A stretch of 25,378 nucleotides of DNA, taken from Chiloscyllium plagiosum (lineage: Eukaryota). Below the pieces are notes generated by a model. The model had not been told where the DNA came from, did no database searches, and worked only from the letters and a program-made list of their open reading frames with translations. The position numbers were made by a program, and so were the translations under genes. Of this stretch, positions 1-10,635 are shown piece after piece. The stretch is taken from assembly GCF_004010195.1 (NCBI RefSeq), contig NC_057760.1:3621907-3647284 (forward strand), written 5' to 3'. Within the stretch, counting starts at the first letter, position 1. Every line of letters starts with the position of its first letter.

Positions 1-66
1 ACATTCTCCCCATTCTCCAGGTGAAGATGTTATTGCTGAATTCTCACTGGGTTTATTACAGATTAA

Positions 67-203
67 CATCAGGAATGACTGATGAAGGGCTTTTGCCCGA
101 AACGTCGATTCTCCTGCTCCTTGGATGTTGCCTGACCTGCTGTGCTTTTCCAGCACCACACTCTCGACTCTGATCTCCAGCATCTGCAGTCCTCACTTTC
201 TCC
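67..203 (+). mobile_element. Penelope-like element 3'-terminal (pLTR) fragment with hammerhead-like motif
   Basis: Near-identical to 23065-23186, which adjoins a GIY-YIG remnant, and to 16326-16416. Shared text: CTGATGAAGGGC....GCCCGAAACGTCGATTCTCCTG...CTGCTGTGCTTTTCCAGCA...CTGATCTCCAGCATCTGCAGTCCTCACTTTCTCC. Confidence 0.75.
79..106 (+). ncRNA. Minimal type-I hammerhead ribozyme-like core (copy 1)
   Basis: CUGAUGA (79-85), stem II GGGC-UUUU-GCCC (87-98), GAAA (99-102), CGUC with a putative UH cleavage site. The 5' stem I strand is disrupted by an inversion. Confidence 0.5.
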
Positions 204-544
204 AAGTTCTTCTGCACCTTCCCCACCTCCTCAATGCTACCCAGCCCTCTATCTATCTTTGTATTGTCTGCAAAGGTAGCGAGAATGTTCTCAGTTCCTT
301 CATATAGACCCCCACACACTTAGCTCTCATCTCACACGAGACTCTATGGACTTACATTGAGGAATGAGGAATGGCCACAGGGAGAGAAAGGAAACTCTGA
401 GAGAGGGACAGAAAGAGACAGAGACAGATAGGAGAGATAACCGTTGATCTTTTTAATTCATCTGCATCCGATCATGTGAGGCATTGAGTTCACTTCCCTT
501 CTGTATTTGTTCAGTTGAGGTATAAATAACTGAATATAAGGTCA

Positions 545-852
545 GGGTGCCACGGTGGCTCAGTGGTTAGCACGGCTGCCTCCCAACGGGTTCAGGTTCG
601 ATTCCACCCTCAGGCGAATGTTGGTGTGGAGTTTGCACATTCTCCCCCGCATCTACATGGGTTTCCTCCCACAGTCCAAAGATGTGCAGGTTAGGGTGGA
701 TTGGCTGTGCTAAATTGCCCCATAGTGTCCAGGGATGTGCAGGATAGGTGGATTAACAATGGGAAATACAGGGATAGGGTAAGGGTGTGGGTCTGGGTGG
801 GATGCTATTCTGAGGATTGCCATGGGCTGATTAGCCACACTGTAGGGATTCT
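545..852 (+). mobile_element. tRNA-derived HE1-like V-SINE
   Basis: Head GGCTCAGTGGTTAGCAC (A box) and GGTTCGATTCC (B box). V-domain TGTGGAGTTTGCACATTCTCCCC...CCCACAGTCCAAAGATGTGCAGGTTAGG...GCTAAATTGCCC. Tail CACACTGTAGGGATTCT. Confidence 0.88.
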
Positions 853-1419
853 CAGAGTCTCATCACAAAACAGAAAAGAGAGGAATTAAATTAAATTGAG
901 ACTCACCTCCCTCCGAGGCCTTGCTTGGAAATTAAATCACACCTTCTGATTACCAAGAGGTAACACAAACCACCTGTGAAAGGCCCACAGCCAAAATGAG
1001 AGGGTTGCAAAAAAATAGGCAGCAACCCTGAGTTCAAAAAGCAGTTACCAGGTCACCACCCTGCAATTTGAATTTACCACGAGAACTTGGCATCAAATCA
1101 CTTTTCATAAAGTCCATTCAATTTTCAGTAATTTTTTGTTGTTTACTGGTAGTCAGCAAACATGTTGCTACCACCATTACGAGATGCCCACTTTATTCCT
1201 CCCTCATTAATAAATCTCAGGTCCCCCTCCCTCTCCTGAAGGGGCTGACTCTCTCTCACTGGGGTATGGGGTCCCCCTCCCTCTCCTGGAGGTGGTTTGA
1301 GAAACAGCGTGATGGGGAATTATGTATTTTGGAGAATTCCTCCTCGGACACCCCACACCCTGACTGTTTATGTAACAGGGACTGGTCTCGGAGATGAGCT
1401 GAAGAATTCCTTTTGGAAG

Positions 1420-1752
1420 TTGACTGGGTAGATTTGGAAAGGTTATCTCCCTTCATGGGAGAGTCTAGAATCAGAGGATCTCAGAATGAAATGGTTGCAC
1501 ATTTAAGAGGGGTGAGGAGAAATTTCTTCTCTCAGAGTCGTGAATCTGTGGAATTATTTTTGGCAGAGGGTTGCTGAGGCTGGTTTGTTGAGTATTTTCA
1601 AGGCTGTGATAGACAGATTTTTAATCAGTAAAGAAACCAAGGATTCCAGGGGAAAGGCAGGAGAGTGGAGTTGAGGATGATTAGATCAGCCACAATTCCA
1701 TTGAATGACAGAGCAGTCACAATGGGCTGAATGGTCCACCTGCTGCTCTTAC
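1420..1752 (+). mobile_element. Decayed CR1-type LINE 3' end
   Basis: GGAGAGTCTAGAA..., GAGGAGAAATTTCTTCTCTCAGAG..GTGAATCTGTGGAAT (RRNFFSQRVVNLWN-like) and a 3' UTR ending GGGCTGAATGG..C.CCTGCTGCT. Confidence 0.75.
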
Positions 1753-1766
1753 AGTTAGTGCTGGTC

Positions 1767-2082
1767 GGGTGGCATGGTGGCTCAGTGGTTAGCACTGCTG
1801 CCTCACAGCACCAGGGTCCCAGGTTCAATTCCAGCCTTGGGTGACTGTTTGTGTGGAGTTTCTACATTCTCCCCGTGTCTGCGTGGGTTTCCTCCGGGTG
1901 CTCCGGTTTCCTCTCACAGTCACAAAGATGTGCAGGTCAGATGGATTGGCCACGCTAAATTGCTCATAGTGTTAGGTGCATTAGTCAGAGAGGAATAGGT
2001 CTGGGTGGGTTGCTCTTTGGAGGGTTGGTGTGGACTGGTTGGGCCAAAGGGCCTGTTTCCCCACTGTAGGGGATCTAATCAT
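1767..2082 (+). mobile_element. tRNA-derived HE1-like V-SINE (near full length)
   Basis: GGGTGGCATGGTGGCTCAGTGGTTAGCACTGCTGCCTCACAGCACCAGGGTCCCAGGTTCAATTCC, an intact V-domain (GGGTTTCCTCCGGGTGCTCCGGTTTCCTC), and a CR1-like tail GGGCCAAAGGGCCTGTTTCC. Confidence 0.92.
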
Positions 2083-2372
2083 AATGGGATATTTCTGTTC
2101 TCATGCAAATCCATGTTATAAGAAAACAGCAGCACCAATTAAACTAATGGGGATGGAATTGCGTTATAACCAATACAGTACACACTTCAAAAGCTCGCAC
2201 TATAAAAAGTGTCCCCAATTTCTCAATCGCCTAGCAGCGATTGCATGAACAAAATGTTGTTACAACAGCTCGACCTGTATGATTGATGTTCTTAAATGCT
2301 CTGTGAAACGAGTACCTTGACTCAAAAATACGAGCCAAACTGTGGTGTTGTTTTTAACCTTTATGTTGGCAG

Positions 2373-2482
2373 GTTACTGGTCAGTGCCCCCCGGGACGGC
2401 ATTGCCAAGAGCAAGAACGGCGACATATACCGATGTAACATATCGAATAAAAGGAGCTCCAACTGCATGAAACTAAACTCTG
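2373..2482 (+). CDS. ITGA10: Internal exon of an I-domain integrin alpha chain (ITGA10-like), beta-propeller FG-GAP region; probably exon 3
   Basis: Acceptor ttggcAG at 2371-2372 and donor GTaaaa at 2483. The 110 nt (phase 2 to 1) translate as LLVSAPRDGIAKSKNGDIYRCNISNKRSSNCMKLNS(G). This matches my recollection of the integrin alpha1/2/10/11 motif 'LVGAP.....GDVYRC......C.K...G'. Confidence 0.88.
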
Positions 2483-2654
2483 GTAAAACATTTCAGTCAC
2501 ATTGATATCACAACATGGGGACAGAGTGGGAAACCCACCATGAAAGATATAGCCATTGACTCAAGGTGCGGAGGGACAGGAGGGACATTGCATGTGTGAG
2601 GGACCAGGATGAACATCAGCTGAAATCTGTCAGCAGCACAGATTGTTGCATTTG

Positions 2655-4232
2655 TTCAGGGAGTGTTTGATGGGCACAGTATAGAAGGAACTTTACTTGC
2701 AGTTTAAGAGTGTAGAGGGAACTTTACTCTTTATGTAACCCTTGCTGTCCCTGTTCCTGGGAGTGTTTGATGGGGATAGTGTAGAGGGAGCCTTACTCTG
2801 TATCTAACCCTGTTCTGTTTCTATCCTGGGAGTGTTTGATGGGGGGACAGTGTAGAGAGAGCTTTACTCTGTATTTAACCCTATGCTGTCCCTGTCCTGG
2901 GAGGGTTTGATGGGGTGTACAGTGTAGAGGGAGCTTTACTCTGTATCTAACTCCGTGCTGTCCCTGTCCTGGGAGTGTTTGATGGGGGGACAGTGTAGAG
3001 AGAGCTTTACTCTGTATCTAACCCCGTGCTGTCCCTGTCCTGAAAGTTTTTAATGGGGGACAATGTAGAGAGAGCTTTACTCTGTATCTAACCCCGTGCT
3101 GTCCCTGTCCTGGGAGTATTTGATGGGGGGACAGTGTAGAGGGAGCTTTACTCTGTATCTAACCTCATGCTGTCCCTGTCCTGAAAGTTTTTAATGGGGG
3201 ACAATGTAGAGGGAGCTTTACTCTGTATTTAACCCCGTGCTGTCCCTGTCCTTGGGAGTGTTTGTTGGGGGGGACAGTGTAGAGGGAGCTTTACTCTGTA
3301 TCTAACCCCATGCTGTCCCTGTCCTGGGTGTGTTTGATGGGGGGACAGTGTATAGGGAGCTTTACTCTGTATCTAACCCCATGCTGTCCCTGTCCTGGGA
3401 GTGTTTGATGGGGACATTGTGGATGAAACCTTAATATGTTGGTAAAAAATGTAGAGAGAGCATTACTGTCAATTTAAAAGAGTAGAGGGTCAATTTCTAA
3501 TCGTGTGCTGTACCTGGCTTAGGAATGTTTGATGGATGCATTATCAAAGGAACTTTAATTCCACTTTAAAAAAGTAGAGAGAGCTTTACTCTGTATCTAA
3601 CCCCGTGCTGTCCCTGTCCCTGGGAGTGTTTGATTGGGGGACAGTGTAGAGGGAGCTTTACTCTGTATCTAACTCCGTGCTGTCCCTGTCCCTGGCAGTG
3701 TTTGATGGGGGGACAGTGTAGAGGGAGCTTTACTCTGTATCTAACCCCGTGCTGTCCCTGTCCTGGGAACATTTGATGGGGGGACAGTGTAGAGGGAGCT
3801 TTACTCTGTATCTAACCCCGTGCTGTCCCTGTCCTGGGAGTGTTTGATGGGGAGACAGTGTAGAGGGAGCTTTACTCTGTATCTAACCCCATGGTGTCCC
3901 TGTCCTGGGAGTGTTTGATGGGGGGACAGTGTAGAGGGAGCTTTACTCTGTATCTAACCCCATGCTGTCCCTGTCCTGGGAGTGTTTGTTGGGGGGACAG
4001 TGTAGAGGGAGCTTTACTCTGTATCTAACCCCATGGTGTCCCTGTCCTGGGAGTGTTTGATGGGGGACAGTGTAGAGGGAGCTTTACTCTGTGTCTAACC
4101 CCATGGTGTCCCTGTCCTGGGAGTGTTTGATGGGGGGACAGTGTAGAGGGAGCTTTACTCTGTATCTAACCCCATGGTGTCCCTGTCCTGGGAGTGTTTG
4201 ATGGGGTCATTAGAGAAGGACCTTTACTCTTC
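2655..4232. repeat. ~71-bp minisatellite, about 20 units in two blocks separated by a degenerate stretch (~3420-3575)
   Basis: Unit GGGAGTGTTTGATGGGGGGACAGTGTAGAGGGAGCTTTACTCTGTATCTAACCCCGTGCTGTCCCTGTCCT. Period is 71 (e.g. 3841 to 3912), with variable G-run length. Confidence 0.95.
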
Positions 4233-4460
4233 ATAATCCCATGCAGTTATGGGAGGTTGTTCCCAGAACAGATGTCACAAAATATCAAGATGACTTTATA
4301 CAGAGCGATGAAGTGCGAGGATAGTCCTTAGTGAGTGAGGTGTAATTTCTGGTGGGGTGCTTCAGTTTAATGAGGGTGAACATATATTTATGGAGCAGAA
4401 TGCTTCAATTATTCCCTGTTCAATGATAGATGTCTCTTTTGTTTGTCTACATTGCTGCAG

Positions 4461-4546
4461 GGGAGGCAGCTCTGAAAAACATCTCTGATGATATGAAGAA
4501 CACACACTTTGGCATGACACTGACCCGGAACTCCCAGGGGTTCATG
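4461..4546 (+). CDS. ITGA10: Internal exon of ITGA10-like integrin alpha; probably exon 4
   Basis: Pyrimidine-rich tract plus ctgcAG ending at 4460, and donor ATG|GTAAGC at 4547. The 86 nt (phase 1 to 0) are in frame with the previous exon and give (G)EAALKNISDDMKNTHFGMTLTRNSQGFM, resembling ITGA10 'NMHLGMSL...GGFM'. Not in the ORF track. Confidence 0.88.
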
Positions 4547-5147
4547 GTAAGCAGGTTCACTGGTCTCATGGTAAGCACTGGTTCATGGTAAGCACTGGTT
4601 CATGGTAAGCAGGTTCACTGGTCTCATGGTAAGCACTGGTTCATGCTAAGCAGGTTCACTGGTTCATGGTAAGCACTGGTTCATGGTAAGCAGGTTCACT
4701 GGTCTCATGGTAAGTACTGGTTCACGGTAAGCACTGGTTCATGGTAAGCACTGGTTCATAGTAAGCAGGTTCACTGGTCTCATGGTAAGCACTGGTTCAC
4801 GGTAAGCACTGGTTCATGGTAAGCACTGGTTCATGGTAAGCACTGGTTCATGGTAGCAGGTTCACTGGTCTCATGGTAAGCACTGGTTCATGGTAAGCAC
4901 TGGTTCATGGTAAGCACTGGTTCATGGTAAGCAGGTTCACTGGTCTCATGGTAAGCACTGGTTCATGGTAAGCACTGGTTCATGGTAAGCAGGTTCACTG
5001 GTTCACGGTAAGCACTGGTTCATGGTAAGCACTGGTTCATGGTAATCACTGGTTCACGGTAAGCACTGGTTCATGGTAAGCACTGGTTCACGGTAAGCAC
5101 TGGTTCATGGCAAGCACTGGTTCATGGTAAGCAGGTTCACTGGTCTC
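4539..5147. repeat. 17/24-bp compound minisatellite derived from the exon 5' splice site, about 32 units
   Basis: Units GTAAGCACTGGTTCATG (17 nt) and GTAAGCAGGTTCACTGGTCTCATG (24 nt). The first unit overlaps the exon end GGTTCATG|GTAAGC. Confidence 0.95.
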
Positions 5148-5354
5148 TGATCACGTTCACTTTGATACTTTGGGATGTTTGGTTTCAAATCAAACCCAGC
5201 CGAGTGGATAATAGTCCACAAGCTGCAGTCCACGAGCTCAGGCAAAGCCCAACCAGCCCCAAGCTGTCCAGCAGCACTTTTTCAAATTATTCCTCCAAAT
5301 CCCAAGACCAACGTTTCTTAATAACAGCAGCCACAATACACCAACCAAATGACA

Positions 5355-5812
5355 CCCACTACAAGAAGGATATTAGTAAGCTGGAGAGGGTTCAAAAGAA
5401 ATTGACCAGGATGTTGCCGGGAATGGACGGTCTGAGTTATAAAGGAGAGGCTGGATACGCTGGGGCTGTTTTCAGTGCAGCGCAGGAGATTGAGAGGTGA
5501 CCTTATAGAGGTTTACAAAATCATGAGGGGTACAGACAGAGTGTCCTTTCTCTAGGGTGGGGGATTTCTAGACTTGGAGGCACATTTTCAAGGTGAGAAG
5601 AGAGAGATTTAAGAAAAGCTGAAGGGGTAAATTCTTTACACAGAGGGTGGTTTGCATGTGGAATGAACTTCCTGAAGAAGTGGTGGATGTGGGTACAATT
5701 TCAATGATTAAAAAACATTTGGATAAGTACATGAAGAGGAAAGGTTTGGAGGAATATGGGCCAGGAGCAGGCAGGTGGGATTATGGTCAGCGTGGACTGA
5801 TTGGACCGTGTT
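5355..5812 (+). mobile_element. CR1 LINE 3' fragment
   Basis: Translates HYKKDISKLERVQKKLTRMLPGMDGLSY, then (frameshifted) LRGDLIEVYKIMRG and FFTQRVV-like / WNELPEEVVD, the ORF2 C-terminus of CR1. Confidence 0.88.
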
Positions 5813-5819
5813 GTGTGTC

Positions 5820-7770
5820 AGGCAAGAAGGAAGTTGTTGAACGAGGGAGCCATGGTTTACTAAAAAAGTAAGCTCTTGTCAAGAGAAAGAAGAAGGCTCA
5901 TGTTAGGATGAGGTGTGAAGGCTCAGCTAGGGCGCTTGCGGGTTACAAGTGAGCCAGGAGGGGACATGAGAAGTCGTTGACGGATAGGATCAAGGAAAAC
6001 CCTAAGGCTTTCTATAGGTATATCAGGAATAAAAGAATGACTAGAATATGATGATAGCCAATCCAAGATAGTAGTGGGAAGTTGTGTGTGGAGTCCGAGG
6101 AGATAGGGGAAGCACTAAATGAATATTGTTCATCAGTATTCACACTGGAAAAAGACAATGTTGTCAAGGAGAATACTGAGATACAGGCTACTAGACTAGA
6201 CAGGATTGAGGTTCACAAGGAGAGGTGTTAGAAATTCTGGACAGTGTGAAAATTGATAAATCCCCTGGGCCGGATGGGATTTATCCTAGGATTCTCTGGG
6301 AAGCCAGGGAGGATATTGTCAAGCTTTTGGCTTTGATCTTTATGTCATCATTGTCTACAGGAATAGTACCAGAAGACTGGGGGATAGCAAATGTTGTTCC
6401 CTTGTTCGGGCAGGGGATTAGAGACAACCCTGGGAATTATAGACCAGTGAGACTTACTTCGGGTGTGGGTAAAGTGTTGGAAAAGGTTATAAGAGATTGG
6501 AATTATAAGCATCTAGAAAGGAATGATTTGATTAGTGATAGTCAACATGGTTTTGTGAAGGATAGATCATGCCCCACAAACCTTATTGAGTTCTTTGAGA
6601 AGGTGACCAAACAGGTAGATGAGGATAAAGCAGTTGATGTGGTGTATATGGATTTCAGTAAGGTATTTGATAAGGCTCCCTAAGGTAGGCTATTGCATAA
6701 AATACAGGGGCATGGGATTGAGGGTGATTTAGCTGTTTGGATCAGAAATTGGCTAGCTGAAAGAAGACAGAGGGTAGTGGTTGATGGGAAATGTTCATCC
6801 TGGAGTTCAGTTATTTGTAGTGTACTGCAAGGGTCTGTTTTGGGGCTGCTGCTGTTTGTCTATTTTATAAATGACCTGGATGAGGGCATAGAAGGGTGGG
6901 TTAGTAAATGTGTGGACGACACTAAGGTCAGTAGAGTTGTGTATAGTGCCAAAGGATTTTGTAAGTTACCAAGGGACATGGATAAGCTGCAGAGCTGGGA
7001 TGAGAGGTGGCAAATGGAGTTTAATGCGGACAAGTGTGAGGTGATTCACTTTGAAAGGAGTAACAGTAATGCAGAATACTGGGCTAATGCTAGGATTTTC
7101 GGTAGTGTAGATGAACAGAGAGATCTCCGTGTACATGTACATAGATCCCTGAAAGTTGCCACCCAGCTTGATAGGGTTGTTAAGAAGGCATACAGTGTGT
7201 TAGCTTTTATTAGTAGAGGGATTGAGTTTCGGAACCATGAGGTCATGTTTGCAGCTGTACAAACATGGAGTATTGCGTACAGTTCTGGTCACCGCATTAT
7301 AGGAGGGATATGGAAGCTTTGGAAAGGGTTCAGAGGAGATTTACTAGGATGTTGCCTGGTATGGAGGGAAGGTCTTATGAGGAAAGGCTGAGGAACTTGA
7401 GGCTGTTTTCGTTAAAGAGCAGAATGTTGAGAGGTGACTTAAATAAGATAATCAGAGGTTTAGATAGGGTGAACAGTGAGAGCCTTTTTCCTCAGATGGT
7501 GATGGCTAGCATGAGGGGACATAGCTTTAAATTGAGGGGTGATAGATATAGGACAGATGTCAGTGGTAGTTTCTTTACTCAGAGTAATAGGGGCGTGGAA
7601 GGCACTGCCTGCAATAGTAGTGGACTGGCCAACTTCAAGGGCATTTAAATGAGCATTGGAAAGACATATGGATGAGAATGAAATAGTGTACGTTAGATGG
7701 GTTCAAAGTTTGGTGCAACATTGAGGACTGAAGGGCCTGTACTGTGCTGTAATGTTCATTGTTCTATGAC
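5820..7770 (+). mobile_element. 5'-truncated CR1 LINE, ORF2 reverse-transcriptase region (pseudogenised) with 3' UTR
   Basis: KSPGPDGIYPRIL, NYRPVRLTS, SQHGFVKDRSC, YMDFSKVFDK, LQGSVLG..FINDL, CVDDTK (degenerate FADD), WQMEFNADKC, LERVQRRFTRM. A stop at 6681 and frameshifts are present. 3' end GAAGGGCCTGTACTGTGCTGTAATGTTC. Confidence 0.95.
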
Positions 7771-8117
7771 TGTGTGATAAGGAAGGTCTTTCTTTCCCAC
7801 CTACTTGTTTCTCTGATATGTTCCTTTCTCCCCTCTAAGCAGCTGCATGTCACGATGCCTGTAATTTGACACTGTTTCCTGGACCTTGTGTGAGGTTAGG
7901 AGGAGGCCTGTGATAGTGCCACTCACAGTCACCACTGATCTCATAGCCAGCATTTAGCAATATTCACTGCTGGGATACTGTTCAGTTTTAAGATTTATTG
8001 CAGAAGAGATCAGACCCCTCATCCCCGCTGTCCCCTGAATTGTTTCTTGTGTTGTGTTCCACTGGCGTTGATAAAGCTCAGGGGAGGAGAGACCAGAATG
8101 GGCAGGACAGCTGAGTT

Positions 8118-8390
8118 ATCATAGAATCCTGAGAGTGTGGAAGCAGGCCATTCAGTCCATCGAGTCCACACCAACCTTCCAAAGAGCATGATCCCCAGGC
8201 CCACCCTATCCCTTCATCCCTCCATTTCCCATGGCCAATCCATCTCACCTGCACATCTTTGGATTGGGAGAGGAAACCCACGCAAACACAGGGAGAATGT
8301 GTAAACTCTACACAGACAGCCACCCAAGGGTGGAATCGAACCCAGATCCCTGGTGTTGTGAGGTAGCAGTGCAAATCACTGTACCACCCC
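8118..8390 (-). mobile_element. HE1-like V-SINE (reverse orientation)
   Basis: Reverse complement of the SINE: CACCTGCACATCTTTGGA, GGAAACCCACGCAAACACAGGGAGAATGTGTAAACTC, GGAATCGAACCC (B box), and tail ATAGAATCC. Confidence 0.88.
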
Positions 8391-9104
8391 AAATTGTGGT
8401 GAGTTACTGTGATGAGACACAGCTGGTATGAGCTGCACTTGCAGGTTCCAGTCATCTTTTCTGCAGAAAGATCTCTCTGTGACCTCCCCTTTTTATTTTG
8501 TATTTTGTAAGACAATTCATATTTAGTATTACTTGGAGGACTTCAGATTGAAGGATTGTAGAAAACTGGATTTATTTCAAATTTTGTTGAAACACCTGGA
8601 GTGGTTTCTTTAAAGAAGTTTTGAAAATTCACTGTGGTTATTGGAGATGCTTTTAAACAAGCCTTTTTAGAAATTGACTTGATAGCTGCTTATTCTGCTG
8701 TTTGGAGCGTGCTCTGGTATCTGGAAGTAGTTGGGAACACAACACCTGTGAGGATGTGTTGCTCAATTAAACTCTCCCATGGCTGAATAAAACATCTCAT
8801 TGTTGAGTTAAAGGCAAAACCGGTTTGATCTTGTGAAAAATTGTTTGAAGGAATTCTTGGTATTGTATTTCCTGAGCAAGCTGTGACTGCTAAAACTCCA
8901 GAGATGACTGTGTGTGATAAGTGACTCGGTCACACGTGGCAAGACAGCAGACTTTGGAGCATTCTACGCTTTAATCTTTTTGTCTTCAAGAATAATTTTA
9001 GTGATTGGAAAATGATTTTTAAAAATGTCAACCATAGCAGAGTGAAATCCATTTTCTTTCTGAAGACAGTGGGAGTATGTTTGCTTTGAGTTATTTTACC
9101 TTAT

Positions 9105-10385
9105 CAAATCCCCTCAGGTTCTTCTATAAAATCATTCATCTAAACTCCAATGAATAAAGATCCATCTTGTTCAACCTTTCTCAATAAGGTATACCATTCA
9201 TACTGGGAATGAACTGCTTCCAACATAATTGTATCTTTAATCAAATAAGGAGACCATAACAGTACACCATACTCCAGATATTATCGCACCCATGCCTTGT
9301 CCAGCTGTAGTAATAATCCTGACTTTTATTCCCATTTTGCTTAAATGACAAATTCCTAATCACGTGTTGTACCTGCATACTCAGTTCCCGTGGTTAATGT
9401 CCCAGGAAATCTATTCTCTCTCTACCACCAAATCCTGGAATCTTTCTCCATTTAAATAGTCATACAGTATGGAAACAGACCCTTCGGTCCAACTTGTTCA
9501 AACAGACAAGACATCCCAACCTGACCCTGTATTTGGCCCATATCCCTCTAAACCCTTCTTTTTCATATACGCATCCAGATGCCTTTAAATGTTGTTATTA
9601 TACCCGGCTCCACCACTTCCTTTGGCAGCTCGTTCCGTACATGTACCTTAGCTCCCTTTTTAATCTGTCTCCTCTCACCTTAAACCTATGCCCTCTGGTT
9701 TTGACCTTCCCCACCCTAGGAAAAAGACCTTGGCTATTAACCCTCTGCATGCCCTTCATGATTTTATAAACCTTTGTAAGGTCACCCCTCAACCTCCAAA
9801 GCTTTAGTGTAAAAATCAGCCTATTCAGCCTCTCCCCAAAATTCAAATCCTCCAATCCTGGCAACATCCTTGTGAATCTTTTCTGTATCCTCTCAGGTTC
9901 AACAGGATCCTTCCTATAGAAGGGGAACCATAATTGTATGGAGTATTCTAAAAGTGGCCTCACCAATGTCCTATACATCCATGTCATATGCCCCAACTCC
10001 TGTACTCGATGCTCTGACCAATGGCAGCACATGTGTTAAATACCTGCTTCAACACCCAGTCTACCTGCAACTCCACTTTCAAAGAACTATGCAGCTGCAC
10101 CCCGAAGTCTCTTTGTTTGGCTACTCCACAGCTACCGCATTATATCCATCTGCCAATATTTTGCTCAGTCACTTAACTTGAACCTTTGCAGACCCTTTAC
10201 CTCCTCTTGGCAATGTATTTTCCTTAATAGGTTAGGATCATTGGAAAATCTAGCATCCATACATTGAGTCCCCTCAACCAAATCAGTGATATGGATGTCG
10301 ATAGTAAATTGTTGAGGGCACAGAACTCATTCCAGTGACCTTCACTAGGTACAGGTTGCCAACCTGAGGGCTAACCGATCCTTTA
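9105..10385 (-). mobile_element. Old decayed CR1 fragment (about 9105-9457 and 10125-10385) interrupted by a younger CR1
   Basis: GGAGACCATAACAGTACACCATACTCCAG (reverse of LEY.VQ.WSP) left of the insert. CATTATATCCATCTGCCAA (reverse of WQM.YN) right of it, in collinear ORF2 order. Confidence 0.6.
9458..10122 (-). mobile_element. Younger 5'-truncated CR1 LINE 3' end
   Basis: Minus-strand ORF MYRTLVRPLLEYSIQLWFPFYRKD..ERIQKRFTRMLPGLE..RLRGDLTKVYKIMKG..TRGHRFKVRG. The 3' terminus reads ACAGTATGGAAACAGACCCTTCGGTCC on +. Confidence 0.88.
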
Positions 10386-10510
10386 TCCATGTTAATACAT
10401 GCCGGTCATCACCACCTGCTCCGACCTGTTTTGCACGCTCTCTGTTGGTTTACAAAGTGGAGACAGAAACTGAACACAGTAACCCATGTATTCTCAACAT
10501 CTGCTTCCAG

Positions 10511-10625
10511 GTGTGTGCTCCCCTCTGGTCGCAGAAGTGCGGAAGTTCCATCTACAATACTGGTATCTGTACAAACATCAGCTCCACGTTCCAGCCGTCG
10601 GGAATCACTGCACCCACCGCACAAG
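10511..10625 (+). CDS. ITGA10: Internal exon of ITGA10-like integrin alpha; probably exon 5, immediately before the I-domain
   Basis: Acceptor cttccAG ending at 10510 and donor G|GTACGA at 10626. The 115 nt (phase 0 to 1) give VCAPLWSQKCGSSIYNTGICTNISSTFQPSGITAPTAQ. 'CAPLWS..CGSS', 'FQP.G..APTAQ' fit ITGA10 better than ITGA11/1/2 as I recall those sequences. Confidence 0.92.
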
Positions 10626-10635
10626 GTACGAGTAA

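Noticed and set aside
1220..1288. 19-bp direct repeat GGTCCCCCTCCCTCTCCTG, 50 bp apart
   Set aside because: Only about 1.4 copies of a 50-bp unit. Consistent with a small local duplication or minisatellite remnant, with no support for function.
545..2082. tRNA genes (A/B boxes at ~555-605 and ~1778-1832)
   Set aside because: These are SINE heads continuing into V-domain and LINE-like tails, not standalone tRNAs.
3566..3772. Repeat peptide ORF QGQGQHGVRYRVKLPLHCPPIKH
   Set aside because: Antisense reading of the 71-bp minisatellite where three units happen to be 72 bp.
2655..5147. CRISPR-like regular repeats
   Set aside because: Head-to-tail tandem units with no unique spacers, no cas genes, and a eukaryotic intron context.
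6225..7648. Active reverse transcriptase gene
   Set aside because: Split by stops and frameshifts, 5'-truncated with no endonuclease domain, and the catalytic motif is altered to CVDD.
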